Shown piece after piece: positions 8,588 through 19,282 of a stretch of DNA of 64,000 nucleotides (position 1 is the first letter of the stretch; each line of letters starts with the position of its first letter). Under the pieces are notes generated by a model. It was not told where the DNA came from and ran no database searches. It was given only the letters and a program-made list of their open reading frames with translations. The position numbers were made by a program, and so were the translations under genes. The stretch comes from Candidatus Kapaibacterium sp. (GTDB lineage: Bacteria; Bacteroidota; Ignavibacteria; Kapaibacteriales; UBA2268), in NCBI GenBank assembly GCA_963665665.1, contig OY762428.1, forward strand, positions 1,888,001 through 1,952,000, in the 5' to 3' direction.

Positions 8588-8968
8588 ATAAAGTCTCCTT
8601 GAATTGTTACGGAGGCAATTTATACGAAAATAGTATTATAAACAAATTAATAATTGAATAATGTTGCACCTACTCACTGATGTAATTATACGGTTATGGA
8701 GTATGCAACTTACAAAAAAGGAATTTTTATCTTTCATCTAAAAATCCAAGGCCAATTATTTTTCTTAGGATATTGTTCTATCGCTTGATTATAAAAATGA
8801 TAATCAAAACAGTCAATATTCCGCTGATTTTCGTGGCATACCGTGATATTTTCAGAAAAGCAGGTTTAACATATCAGTACTATCCTTTTAAATATCAGCC
8901 ATATACAATTATTGGCATGAGATTATCCGGTAATATTATAAATTTCTAATTACAATAAATGGATTATT

Positions 8969-9721
8969 ATGAAATATGATATATTAAGAAAAGCTGACCA
9001 GGCAGTTGGCGGATTTAACAACGGTGAAATAATCGAAAATAAACCAATAGGTTTTCCGGGTGAAACAAACGGATTTAAACCATATTCAAATTTATTCTAC
9101 TGGGCAAACGCAAGTTCCCGGAATGAATCACTTATCGCAGAACATCCACATCAGGGGTTCGAGATAATGTCCTTTGTTTTGAAAGGGTACATTGAGCATT
9201 ACGATAGTAAAAACAAAGACTGGCGCAGATTAAACCCCGGTGATGCCCAGATAATCCGTGCCGGTAACGGGATTACTCACGCTGAAAAAATGGGTACTGA
9301 TACCCAGTTTTTCCAAATATGGTTTGATCCGGGCCTTCAAAAAACTTTGGGAATGCCTGCCTCATACAATGATTATAAAAACGAAAGCTTCAGTGTGAAA
9401 ACCAATGAAAACCTTAAAATGAGAACCTATGTTGGCAAGGATAGCCCGATAATTATGGAGTCTGAAAATGTAACAGTTAAGCTTTTGGATATTGATCCGG
9501 GTGATATAAGTTTTAAGGTGGACGAAGGAAATATCTTATCAGCATATCTGATTGAAGGTAAAATACACGTTGACGGCCATGATTTGGTTAATGACGATTT
9601 TTTCAGGTTTGCCGGAACTAATATTAATATACGGTCTTATGAACATAGCAGGCTTTTTGTTATTGAATCACCTGCAGTGCCATCATATAAAACTTACGGA
9701 CAGCTATATGGCAGGGGTTAG
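8969..9721 (+). CDS. Pirin family protein
   Basis: HPHQGFE, H.DS, AGNGITHAE, FQIW. Confidence 0.88.
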   Translation: MKYDILRKADQAVGGFNNGEIIENKPIGFPGETNGFKPYSNLFYWANASSRNESLIAEHPHQGFEIMSFVLKGYIEHYDSKNKDWRRLNPGDAQIIRAGNGITHAEKMGTDTQFFQIWFDPGLQKTLGMPASYNDYKNESFSVKTNENLKMRTYVGKDSPIIMESENVTVKLLDIDPGDISFKVDEGNILSAYLIEGKIHVDGHDLVNDDFFRFAGTNINIRSYEHSRLFVIESPAVPSYKTYGQLYGRG

Positions 9722-9745
9722 AATCCCTGCCTTACAGCACTATGC

Positions 9746-10681
9746 TTAAAATCGCTTAGTATAGAAATGGCAATAAGGTTTGCTGCCTTTACGCTCGTAG
9801 TAGTCCTGATGATAATCCTCTGCAGGCCAGAATTCAGCTGCCGGGGTTAATTCCGTAGCAACATCATATCCCTTTGCTTCAAGCAAGCCTATGAGGTTTT
9901 TTGCAATAATTTTCTGTTTTTCATCGAAATAGAATACTTCGGATCTGTATTGATCCCCAATATCCGGTCCCTGCCGGTTTACCTGTGTAGGATCATGTGT
10001 TTCAAAATACAATCTTGCAAGTGTTTCATAATCTGTCTTCAATGGATCGTAAACAACCTTCACGGCTTCTGCATGGCCTGTATTCCCGGAGCAAACCTGT
10101 TCATAGGAAGGATTATCAACATGCCCGCCAATATACCCGACAGTAGTGGAAATAACACCCGGTTCCTTTGAGAAATGATACTCTGTTCCCCAGAAACACC
10201 CCGAAGCGAAAATTGCTGTTTCAGCATTAACGCTTCCGGGATCCAGTGGTTCAAAGAGAAGGGATATGGAATTTACGCAATGCCGGGTATTCTTCTCAGT
10301 AAAGCCTTCACCAAGGAACACATGCCCCAGGTGGCCTCCGCAGTTTGCACATACAATCTCTGTTCTGTGTCCGTCAGCATCCGGTACCCTTTTCACCGCA
10401 CCGTCAATTTCATCGTCAAAGCTGGGCCATCCGCAGTGCGAATCAAATTTATCTTCCGACTGATACAGCTCTGCACCGCATTGTTTGCATTTATACACTC
10501 CGCTTTCTTTATGAAATGTATATTCACCGCTGAAGGGCCTTTCTGTACCTTTATTAATTATAACTCTTTCCTCTTCCGGTGTAAGCTTGTTAAATTCCAT
10601 ACTTTCAGTTACCTCTTTGTCTTTACAGTTAGTTAATCCTGTCATTGAAAACAGCACAGCTAAATATATTATCAATTTCAT
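9746..10681 (-). CDS. msrAB: Bifunctional methionine sulfoxide reductase MsrB-MsrA with lipoprotein-like signal
   Basis: KGTERPF, CGWPSF, GHLGHVF, RHCVNS, then GCFWG, GHAEAV, AEDYHQDY; start placed at ATG 10681 after GGAGG. Confidence 0.93.
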   Translation of the reverse strand: MKLIIYLAVLFSMTGLTNCKDKEVTESMEFNKLTPEEERVIINKGTERPFSGEYTFHKESGVYKCKQCGAELYQSEDKFDSHCGWPSFDDEIDGAVKRVPDADGHRTEIVCANCGGHLGHVFLGEGFTEKNTRHCVNSISLLFEPLDPGSVNAETAIFASGCFWGTEYHFSKEPGVISTTVGYIGGHVDNPSYEQVCSGNTGHAEAVKVVYDPLKTDYETLARLYFETHDPTQVNRQGPDIGDQYRSEVFYFDEKQKIIAKNLIGLLEAKGYDVATELTPAAEFWPAEDYHQDYYERKGSKPYCHFYTKRF

Positions 10682-10834
10682 ATAGCCTCCATTAATTTTA
10701 CTATTAGTGACGGCTAATTTGTAAATTTGTTGAACAGAGATATGGGGAGTTGTAATTTTTGATTTTACATAATTTGCCGGCAATGTAAAAAATGGGTATT
10801 TTTGTTAAAATGAAGAAACGTGAAGGATGAAACG

Positions 10835-11773
10835 ATGAAGAAGTTAGTTATTCTGTTTATTATTCTTGCTGCAACAAATTATCTTTATTCAACAGTAAGC
10901 GACAGTTCAAACTGGAAAAAGGGAGGCGCCGCCAGCCTGGTGTTCAACCAGATAGCATTCTCTAATTGGGCGAAGGGCGGCGAAAGTTCTGTTTCGGGAA
11001 CATCTGCATTGAGTTTCTTTGCAAACTTTAAAGACAGTGATATTGTTTGGGATAATTCTGCGGACTTTGCCTTCGGAATAATGTATTCCGACCAATTTGA
11101 AACCAGAAAGACAGAAGATAAAATCGATTTAAGCTCTCAATTTGGTTATCGCGGGTTTGGCGATTATTATTATAGTGTTTTGCTTAGTTTTAAAACTCAA
11201 TTTGCCGAAGGATTCAATTATCCCAATGATTCTGTTCTTGTTTCAAAATTCATGGCTCCTGCCTATCTTGTGATGTCAACGGGGATGGACTATAAGCCAA
11301 ACGAAGGATTTTCTGTATATCTTTCGCCTGTAACCGGCAGAATAATTTTCGTGGAAGACCAGAACCTGGCAAACAACGGTTCATTCAGTGTTGACCCTGC
11401 CGTTAAAGACAGCCTGGGTAATATTATTAAGCCCGGCAAAAAAATCCGGGCTGATTTCGGCGCTTACCTGACTCTTAAATACAAAAAGCAAATAATCGAG
11501 AATGTAGGTTTTAAAACAAACATCAATCTGTTCAACAATTATACAGATAAGGATTCCGGCAATCGGGATAATATTGATGTAAACTGGGAAAGCTCGCTTG
11601 ACATGAAGGTGAATGATTTTATAACTTCAAATATATTTGTCCACCTGATATACGACGACAATATCAATGTTCCACTATACGATTATCAGAACGGAATAAA
11701 AACAAAAACAGGTGAAGGGCCAAGATTACAGGTAAAGGAAATTCTGGGGATTGGTTTAAAATATAAATTTTAA
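10835..11773 (+). CDS. DUF3078 outer-membrane protein
   Basis: Signal peptide, NQIAFSNW.KGG, FKTQF..G, terminal LQVKEILGIGLKYKF. Confidence 0.85.
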   Translation: MKKLVILFIILAATNYLYSTVSDSSNWKKGGAASLVFNQIAFSNWAKGGESSVSGTSALSFFANFKDSDIVWDNSADFAFGIMYSDQFETRKTEDKIDLSSQFGYRGFGDYYYSVLLSFKTQFAEGFNYPNDSVLVSKFMAPAYLVMSTGMDYKPNEGFSVYLSPVTGRIIFVEDQNLANNGSFSVDPAVKDSLGNIIKPGKKIRADFGAYLTLKYKKQIIENVGFKTNINLFNNYTDKDSGNRDNIDVNWESSLDMKVNDFITSNIFVHLIYDDNINVPLYDYQNGIKTKTGEGPRLQVKEILGIGLKYKF

Positions 11774-11855
11774 TTTTCATTTTTATTCTTATTTTTTTTA
11801 TTTTTATACTATCATAGATATTACAACATGTTTCATTACACAAAGGTTATTTATT

Positions 11856-12071
11856 ATGGCACAATGTGAATGTTTGGAAGGATGTCCTTTTTTTCATGAT
11901 AAAATGGAAAACATGCCATCGATGGCGGAAACATATAAAAACAAATACTGCCTTGGCGATTTTGAAGAATGTGCACGATATATCGTCTTTTCAAAAAAAG
12001 GGAAACCCGCAGTACCCAAAAATCTCTTTCCGAACCAGAAAGAAAAAGCCCTTGCAATTGTTAATTCATAA
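11856..12071 (+). CDS. Small Cys-rich hypothetical protein
   Basis: C.C...CPFF...YC......CAR...VP.NLFPN; followed by a terminator. Confidence 0.75.
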   Translation: MAQCECLEGCPFFHDKMENMPSMAETYKNKYCLGDFEECARYIVFSKKGKPAVPKNLFPNQKEKALAIVNS

Positions 12072-12093
12072 ATTTGTGAATTATAATATTTCT

Positions 12094-12128
12094 AAAAAGC
12101 AACTCTATTTTCCGGAGTTGCTTTTTTT
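12094..12128 (+). terminator. Intrinsic terminator
   Basis: AAAAAGCAACTC-loop-GAGTTGCTTTTTTT. Confidence 0.8.
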
Positions 12129-12550
12129 AATGATATATCTTCTCTTTCCATAGAAATTTTTATCAGATTCGATCATTTAAATGAAAATCAATGATATTAT
12201 AAAGTCAGGATTTAATTTAAAATTACTCCTGTTCGTTCTTTTTATCAGGAGATGGCTCGAAAGCCGTATAAGATTATTTCCCTTGAAATGATAAAGGAGT
12301 GCCCGGATATATCGGGGAGAATAATTATAAAGCATTTCTCCGGAAGAATGTTTTTTTTAGGCTGGTTGTACATTATAATTATTCTTTTCCGTTGAATGCA
12401 CTATGATTTGTAATATCGGAGATCCGGCCGATTATAGATTAGATATTTGATATTTCCTAAATTATCCTTATTATGTTAAAAATATTACAGGCAAATTTTT
12501 TTGCGGATAAATAATGATCTTATTCTGAAATATAATATAGCGGAGTAGTA

Positions 12551-15500
12551 ATGCCGGATACCAAAATCAAATTCGGTCTTAGTATTAAAACCCTGGTAGC
12601 TTTTGGCTCATTATTTTTATTGTTCTTTTTGATCAGTGGAAAATTCATTTCTGATATTATCGAGGATCTTATAATTGATCAGCTGGATCAGTCTATGGAA
12701 GTTTTTGTAAATGATGAAGCTTCTGATATTACAGAATTTTTCAGAAGGATAAAGAAAACCGGCGTAAAATCCTCCTTATTTATTTCAAAAATGATCCGTG
12801 ATGATAAAATTTTAAAAGACAGTGACTATAATAGTAAATATACAAGATTCAACAAATCAATAAGAACAGATACAAGTAAAATAAAAAACAAAGATATTTC
12901 AGGAGTATTTATATCTGAAATTTCGCCTGATACTGAAAGATCAATTGAATTGGTTAAAAGAACCGAAACAGGCTTTGATGAATATGCAAAAGGGCTTTCT
13001 GTTTCAATTTTCAATATGTATTTCATCACAAAAGGCCAGATGATCAGGATATATCCCAAGAATTGGGCTTTGCAAATTGAAGGCAATCATAATTTCCATG
13101 AAGATATTTTTTATTCAATTGCTACTCCTGAAAATAATCCGGGTAGATTACCGGTTTGGACTGAGCCATATTACGATCCGATATGGAAGCATTGGATGAC
13201 CTCACTTATAACTCCTGTTTATGTTGATAATAAATTTGAAGGTATTGTAGGGCATGATGTGATTCTTGATGAAATATATCTTGAAGTTCTGAGCAAAAGA
13301 TTTTACAAGACCGGTTACGGGATGATTTTTAATTCAAAAGGGCACATGATAATTTCGCCGGAACTTGCCCAAACCAAGTTGAAAAATAAAAATATCGATA
13401 TATTTGAAAATTATAGCCACCGGGAGGAAACTGAAATATTCAAAGCAATTGACAAGCTGAATAATTCCCTGCTAAATGATAAATCCTTAAAAAAAATTGA
13501 TTATTCTGACAACAGTGATTCATACTTTGTTGTTAGCAAAAAACTGGATTTCCTGGATTGGCATCTTGGTATAGTAATTCCAGCCTCTGAAGCACTTAGT
13601 GGTTTGCCGGCTTTTTACACAAATTTTGCAATTATAGTCCTGCTGTTCTTGTTAGTTCTTCTGATATCAGTTATAATTATTACCAGGCTGATAATACTTA
13701 AACCGATATATGAATTAAACAAAGCAGCTATCAAAATCAGTGAACAAAACTTCGAAAGTAGAATTGAGATAAAAGGGCACGATGAAATTTCTCAGCTCGC
13801 AGAGTCTTTTGTTAAAATGAAAATAAAACTGAAAGACACAATGCAGCAACTAAAAAGAGACCTGACAAAGCGTGAGAAAATGAAAAACGCAATAATGCTG
13901 AGCGAAGAAAAATACAGGGCCGTGATAGATAATGCCAACGAAGTAATCTTAATTGCTCAGGACGGTCTTATTAAATTCTTTAATCCTGCATTCCCGGATA
14001 TTGCCGGTTATACCGATGAAGAATGTATGGAGCAGCCCTTCATGAAATTTCTGCATGAAGATGACAGGGATATGGTGCTGAGGAACCACTACATGAGATT
14101 AAAAGGTGAGCAGGTAAAAGATTATTACGTCACCCGAATTCGCTCTAAAGTCGGTTCGATAATTTGGCTTGAAATCAAACCAGTTTTGATTAACTGGGAT
14201 GGCAAACCTGCTACTCTGAATTTTATTACTGATGTTACTCAAAAAATTAAAGCAGAAAAAGCGTTAAAGCAATCCGAGAAAAAATACAGGCAGCTATACG
14301 AAAACATGATCGAATCCTTTGCCCTCGTGGATATGAAGGGTAATATCCTGGATATGAATCCTGCTTTTGAAAAACTTATCGGCTATTCACGCGAAGAACT
14401 GAAAAAAATGTCTTATAAAGATATTACACCTGAAAAATGGTGGCCGATAGAACATAAACTTATCTATGAGCAGGTTATTCCAAAAGGTTATTCGGATAAC
14501 TATGAAAAAGAGTATATCAGAAAAGACGGAAAGATAATTCCTGTTGAGCTTCATATCTTCATTCTGAAGGATGATAGAGGCGAAAATATTGGTATGTGGT
14601 CATTTGTAAGGGATATAAGCGAAAGAAAACGCATTGAACAATTAATGAAAGAGAGAATAGATTCGCTGACCAAACCATTAACAGACAGTGTGAACTATTC
14701 ATTCGAACTTCTTTTTGATATTGAAAAAATTCAGGAAATTCAGGATGCCTTTTCAGAAGCAACAGGAGTTGCTGCATTAATAACCGAACCCGACGGAACA
14801 CCGATAACCAAACCAAGCCGGTTTACATTTTTCTGTGAGCATATTGTCCGGAAAAGCGAAAAAGGCAGAAACAACTGTATTATCAGTGATGCTGAAATAA
14901 GAAATAACTCCGGAAAGGAATTATATATTGCACCTTGCAAAAGTGCAGGCCTTTGGGATGGTGGTACAAAAATCATGGTTGGTGACCAGCACATTGCAAA
15001 CTGGCTTTTCGGACAGGTAAAAAATGAAAAGACAAATTTGTTATCCCTGGAGAAATATGCTGATGAAATAGGCGCTGACAAAAAAGAATACATGGCAGCT
15101 TTGGAAAAAGTTCCGGAAATGTCCTTGGAGCAATTTGAAAAAATTGGTTTGGCAATCACCCTGATGGCAGATCAGCTTTCTCAGTTGGCTTACAAAAATA
15201 TTCAGCAGGCCAGAGCTATAGAGGAAAGAAGAAAAGCCGAGGAAAGAGTAAAAAAACTGAATGCAGATCTTGAGCTGAAAGTTGAAGAAAGAACTGCCGA
15301 ATTACAAGTTGCTAAGGACAAACTTGAACTTGCCCTGCAAAGCGAGAAGGAACTAAGCGCTCTTAAAACCAGGTTTGTTTCCATGGTTTCGCATGAATAC
15401 CGTACACCTCTTACTGTTATAATGCTATCAACTTATGTGCTGGAAAAAATTATCGAAAATTCCGATAAATCTAATGAACAATTGAAAAAAATCAGGCACA

Positions 15501-16036
15501 GCGTTGAAATAATGACAAGCCTGCTTGAAGATGTTATTACTGTTGGCAAAATTGACAGTGACTCCGGAGTAATCTCATCGGAATTTCAGGAATTTAATTT
15601 ATTGAAGTTTTTCACTGACTTAATTGAACAGCAAAAAACAATAGATAAAGATAATCATGAAATCAATCTGGATTTTGACCTTGATGAAGAAATAATTATA
15701 AGTGATAAAAAAATACTCGGCCAGATATCAAGAAACCTGCTTTCAAACGCATTAAAATATTCTGAACCGGGTAAATTGGTTCAGATAAAAATTAGTAAAG
15801 ATGATGATAAAATTCTGATGGCATTCATGGACAAAGGATATGGAATCGGTTTCAAAGATCAGGAGAAAATTTTTGATCCCTTTTATAGAAACGAGAAATT
15901 TATAGGTTCTATTTCGGGTTCCGGGTTAGGGCTTACAATTGTTAGGAACTGCGTAGATGCATTGAAAGGAGAAATATCAATTCAAAGCGAACACGGAAAA
16001 GGAACTACTTTCTTTGTTAAAATACCAAAGATCTAA
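12551..16036 (+). CDS. Sensor histidine kinase (dCache-HAMP-PAS-PAS-PocR-HisKA-HATPase)
   Basis: WTEPYYD, DEISQLA, two PAS repeats, IQDAFSEATGVA/C.SAGLWD (PocR), SHEYRTPL, NALKY, GSGLGL. Confidence 0.9.
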   Translation: MPDTKIKFGLSIKTLVAFGSLFLLFFLISGKFISDIIEDLIIDQLDQSMEVFVNDEASDITEFFRRIKKTGVKSSLFISKMIRDDKILKDSDYNSKYTRFNKSIRTDTSKIKNKDISGVFISEISPDTERSIELVKRTETGFDEYAKGLSVSIFNMYFITKGQMIRIYPKNWALQIEGNHNFHEDIFYSIATPENNPGRLPVWTEPYYDPIWKHWMTSLITPVYVDNKFEGIVGHDVILDEIYLEVLSKRFYKTGYGMIFNSKGHMIISPELAQTKLKNKNIDIFENYSHREETEIFKAIDKLNNSLLNDKSLKKIDYSDNSDSYFVVSKKLDFLDWHLGIVIPASEALSGLPAFYTNFAIIVLLFLLVLLISVIIITRLIILKPIYELNKAAIKISEQNFESRIEIKGHDEISQLAESFVKMKIKLKDTMQQLKRDLTKREKMKNAIMLSEEKYRAVIDNANEVILIAQDGLIKFFNPAFPDIAGYTDEECMEQPFMKFLHEDDRDMVLRNHYMRLKGEQVKDYYVTRIRSKVGSIIWLEIKPVLINWDGKPATLNFITDVTQKIKAEKALKQSEKKYRQLYENMIESFALVDMKGNILDMNPAFEKLIGYSREELKKMSYKDITPEKWWPIEHKLIYEQVIPKGYSDNYEKEYIRKDGKIIPVELHIFILKDDRGENIGMWSFVRDISERKRIEQLMKERIDSLTKPLTDSVNYSFELLFDIEKIQEIQDAFSEATGVAALITEPDGTPITKPSRFTFFCEHIVRKSEKGRNNCIISDAEIRNNSGKELYIAPCKSAGLWDGGTKIMVGDQHIANWLFGQVKNEKTNLLSLEKYADEIGADKKEYMAALEKVPEMSLEQFEKIGLAITLMADQLSQLAYKNIQQARAIEERRKAEERVKKLNADLELKVEERTAELQVAKDKLELALQSEKELSALKTRFVSMVSHEYRTPLTVIMLSTYVLEKIIENSDKSNEQLKKIRHSVEIMTSLLEDVITVGKIDSDSGVISSEFQEFNLLKFFTDLIEQQKTIDKDNHEINLDFDLDEEIIISDKKILGQISRNLLSNALKYSEPGKLVQIKISKDDDKILMAFMDKGYGIGFKDQEKIFDPFYRNEKFIGSISGSGLGLTIVRNCVDALKGEISIQSEHGKGTTFFVKIPKI

Positions 16037-16485
16037 CTGATAGATGTTAAGTCTTTCAAACTGTTTATCTTATTTACAGTTTTATCTCTCAGCTCTGCCA
16101 GGGTTTCCTCGCTAAGCATTTTATAAGTTTCATCCCTGAGCTTACCCCATTTGTTATGTACCGGGCAGGGTTCCGAAACCGAACAGCCTTTAAAACCCAA
16201 CACGCATTTGTGAAAAATTTCAAGGCCGTCAATTGCCATTACTATATCAATAAGCCGGACATCTTCAGGGGATTTGTCAAGAAAAAAACCACCTGACTTA
16301 CCCTTCTGAGAACCAACAATGCCGCTTCCGGTAAGTGTTTGCAGTACTTTTGATACAAATTCCCTGGGTACGTCAAGTTCTTTTGAAATATCTGAAGCGC
16401 TGAATTTTTTACCTGCCTTCTGCGCTGAGAGAAATAATACTGCCTGAAGCCCGAGTTCACATTTTTTCGAAAATATTACAGTCAT
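16033..16485 (-). CDS. Rrf2 family Fe-S transcriptional regulator
   Basis: FSKKCELGL, SQKGKSGGFFL, CVLG...C.....CPVH. Confidence 0.92.
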   Translation of the reverse strand: MTVIFSKKCELGLQAVLFLSAQKAGKKFSASDISKELDVPREFVSKVLQTLTGSGIVGSQKGKSGGFFLDKSPEDVRLIDIVMAIDGLEIFHKCVLGFKGCSVSEPCPVHNKWGKLRDETYKMLSEETLAELRDKTVNKINSLKDLTSIS

Positions 16486-16567
16486 TCTTATATCCTTATT
16501 ATCAATTAAAGGAATTTATAAAATAATTTTTAGAAATTTAAAAAAAATGAAAATTTTTCTTGCATAG

Positions 16568-16610
16568 CAGACTTTTTTGTCCTATTTTAGAATCAGACAA
16601 ATGAGTCTGA
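16568..16610. promoter_or_regulatory. Putative Rrf2 operator pair overlapping a divergent promoter
   Basis: CAGAC-N6-GTCCT and TCAGAC-N6-GTCTGA; TTGCAT-N17-TATTTT overlaps the first. Confidence 0.55.
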
Positions 16611-16622
16611 ATAAGAAAAGGA

Positions 16623-17525
16623 ATGAAAATGAAAAGACAGATAATAAAAATAGACGAAGAAAAATGTACCGGATGCGGCGATTGCATACCGGGGTGTAAA
16701 GAAGGGGCCCTACAGGTAATCGATGGAAAATGCAGGCTTGTAAGCGAGCTGTTTTGCGACGGCCTGGGAGCATGCATAGGGCATTGTCCGGAAGGGGCAA
16801 TCATAATAGAGGAACGTGAAGCCAAGCTATACAGCGAAGAACTTGTTATAGAATCCTTGCTGAAGAAACCCGAATCCGTTATGATAGCTCATCTGAAACA
16901 TTTGAAAGAGCACGGGGCAATGGATTATTACAATCAGGCAGTCGATTACCTGAATAAGAAAGGCATTGAAAATCCCCTGAAAGAGAATTCGCCGGCTATT
17001 CCTGAAGTTCTAATGCATAAGCATCACAATGGTTCAGCCTGCCCGGGATCGCAAATAAAAGTACTGAATGTATTGAAACCGGAAAAGAAAAAACCGGAAA
17101 CGCCCGAGGGAAAGAATGAATCACTGCTGGAACAATGGCCGGTACAGCTTCATCTTGTTAATCCTGCGGCTCCTTACTTCAATGGCAAAGAACTGGTTAT
17201 TATGTCAACATGCGGGCCAATTGCCTCGGCAAACGTTCATACTGACTACCTTGCCGGGAGGTCGGTTGTTGTTGCCTGCCCCAAGCTTGATTACACCGAG
17301 CCATACGCAGAAAAACTTTCACAAATATTCAGCAATAATGATATTCCGAAAGCAATTGTTGTCAGGATGGAAGTGCCCTGCTGCAGCGGACTAAGCAAAA
17401 TTGCAAAGACAGCAGTTTTGTTAAGCAGGAATAATATTGAAATAGAAGAGCATGTAATGGATTTGCATGGTAACATTGTGCAAAAAATTCAATTAAGCGA
17501 TAAAACTATAGAAATTAACAGATAA
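16623..17525 (+). CDS. 4Fe-4S ferredoxin-domain protein associated with hcp
   Basis: CTGCGDC...[34 protein letters not shown]. Confidence 0.9.
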   Translation: MKMKRQIIKIDEEKCTGCGDCIPGCKEGALQVIDGKCRLVSELFCDGLGACIGHCPEGAIIIEEREAKLYSEELVIESLLKKPESVMIAHLKHLKEHGAMDYYNQAVDYLNKKGIENPLKENSPAIPEVLMHKHHNGSACPGSQIKVLNVLKPEKKKPETPEGKNESLLEQWPVQLHLVNPAAPYFNGKELVIMSTCGPIASANVHTDYLAGRSVVVACPKLDYTEPYAEKLSQIFSNNDIPKAIVVRMEVPCCSGLSKIAKTAVLLSRNNIEIEEHVMDLHGNIVQKIQLSDKTIEINR

Positions 17526-17542
17526 TTATTATTAATATTTTT

Positions 17543-19204
17543 TTGGAGAAAGTTATGTATTGTTTTCAGTGTCAGGAAGCCACAAATGGTGTAGCATGTA
17601 CAGCAAAAGCAGGATATTGTGGTAAAACAGCCGAAGTTTCGGATTTGCAGGACCTTTTGGTTTATATTGTAAAGGGAATATCCTTTTATGCAGAAAAAGC
17701 AAGAGAAAAAGGAATCGACAGGGATGACGTAAATCAATTTACTCTTGATGCTTTATTTGCAACAATAACAAATTCAAATTTCGATGATAAAGCTATCAGG
17801 AATAAAATTCGCAAAGGCCTGTGGATGAAGGAAGAAATAAAGACTGATCTCGTAAATGCCGGTGGCAGCACTAATGGAGATACTCCGGATTGTGCAACAT
17901 GGTACGGGAACAGCGACATTGATTTTGCCAATAAAGCTGAAGAGATAGGAATTCTTGATACAAAAAACGAAGATGTACGCTCATTGCGGGAACTTATTAT
18001 TTATGGTGTTAAGGGAATGGCTGCATACGCAGACCATGCTTTCCGTCTGGGTTATAAAAATACTGAAATATTTGCATTCGTCCACAAGGCAATGGCTGCA
18101 ACAGTTAACGATAATCTCAGCGCCGACGAGCTGGTGGCCCTCGTTATGGAAACAGGTAAATACGGTGTGGATGTAATGGCACTTCTGGATAAGGCAAATA
18201 CTGAAAAATTTGGCAACCCGGAAATTACCAAGGTTAATATCGGTGTCAGGAACAATCCCGGTATTCTGATAAGCGGACACGACCTGAAGGATATGGAAGA
18301 ACTTCTTGCACAGACAGAAGGTACGGGAGTGGATGTATATACCCACAGTGAAATGCTTCCGGCTCATTATTATCCTGCATTCAAAAAATATGATCATTTC
18401 GTTGGCAATTACGGTAATGCATGGTGGAAACAGAACGAGGAATTCGAATCATTCAACGGGCCGGTACTCTTTACAACAAACTGTATTGTTCCCCCGAAAA
18501 AATCTAACAACTATAGCGAGCGTATTTATACTACTAATGCTGCAGGATACCCCGGGTTTAAATATATCCCTGACGGCCCGGACGGTAAGAAAGATTTTTC
18601 TGAGATAATCGAACAGGCTAAGAACTGCGCACCTCCGGTAGAGATTGAAACAGGAGAAATTGTTGGCGGATTTGCCCACGAACAGGTATTTGCGCTTGCA
18701 GATAAAGTTGTGGATGCGGTTAAATCCGGCGCAATTAAGAAATTCTTTGTAATGGCAGGTTGCGACGGCAGAATGAACAAAAGGGAATATTATACTGAAT
18801 TTGCTGAAAAATTACCAAAGGATACTGTAATACTTACAGCTGGATGTGCCAAATACCGTTACAACAAACTGCCTCTTGGCGATATTGGCGGTATTCCGCG
18901 CGTACTTGATGCAGGCCAGTGCAATGATTCATATTCTCTGGCACTTATAGCCCTGAAGCTTAAAGAAGTTTTCGGGCTTGAAGATGTGAACGACCTTCCG
19001 GTGGCGTACAACATTGCCTGGTATGAACAGAAGGCCGTTATTGTTCTGCTGGCGCTGCTTTACCTTGGCGTAAAAAATATTCATCTCGGGCCAACGCTTC
19101 CGGCATTCCTATCGCCGAATGTGGTAAATGTTCTTGTCGAGAAATTCGGTATTGGTGGTATTGGTGAAGTTGATGAAGATATAAAGATGTTCATGGATAA
19201 TTAA
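17543..19204 (+). CDS. hcp: Hybrid cluster protein (hydroxylamine reductase)
   Basis: MYCFQCQE...C.....[35 protein letters not shown]. Confidence 0.97.
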   Translation: MEKVMYCFQCQEATNGVACTAKAGYCGKTAEVSDLQDLLVYIVKGISFYAEKAREKGIDRDDVNQFTLDALFATITNSNFDDKAIRNKIRKGLWMKEEIKTDLVNAGGSTNGDTPDCATWYGNSDIDFANKAEEIGILDTKNEDVRSLRELIIYGVKGMAAYADHAFRLGYKNTEIFAFVHKAMAATVNDNLSADELVALVMETGKYGVDVMALLDKANTEKFGNPEITKVNIGVRNNPGILISGHDLKDMEELLAQTEGTGVDVYTHSEMLPAHYYPAFKKYDHFVGNYGNAWWKQNEEFESFNGPVLFTTNCIVPPKKSNNYSERIYTTNAAGYPGFKYIPDGPDGKKDFSEIIEQAKNCAPPVEIETGEIVGGFAHEQVFALADKVVDAVKSGAIKKFFVMAGCDGRMNKREYYTEFAEKLPKDTVILTAGCAKYRYNKLPLGDIGGIPRVLDAGQCNDSYSLALIALKLKEVFGLEDVNDLPVAYNIAWYEQKAVIVLLALLYLGVKNIHLGPTLPAFLSPNVVNVLVEKFGIGGIGEVDEDIKMFMDN

Positions 19205-19235
19205 TATCCGGCAAACAGATTTTTTATATATTTAT

Positions 19236-19270
19236 AACTCATCCGATCACTTCAAGTGGTCGGATGAGTT
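19236..19270. repeat. REP-like palindrome / bidirectional terminator
   Basis: AACTCATCCGATCACTT-C-AAGTGGTCGGATGAGTT; related copies at 21809 and 25487. Confidence 0.7.
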
Positions 19271-19282
19271 TTTTTATTCTTT

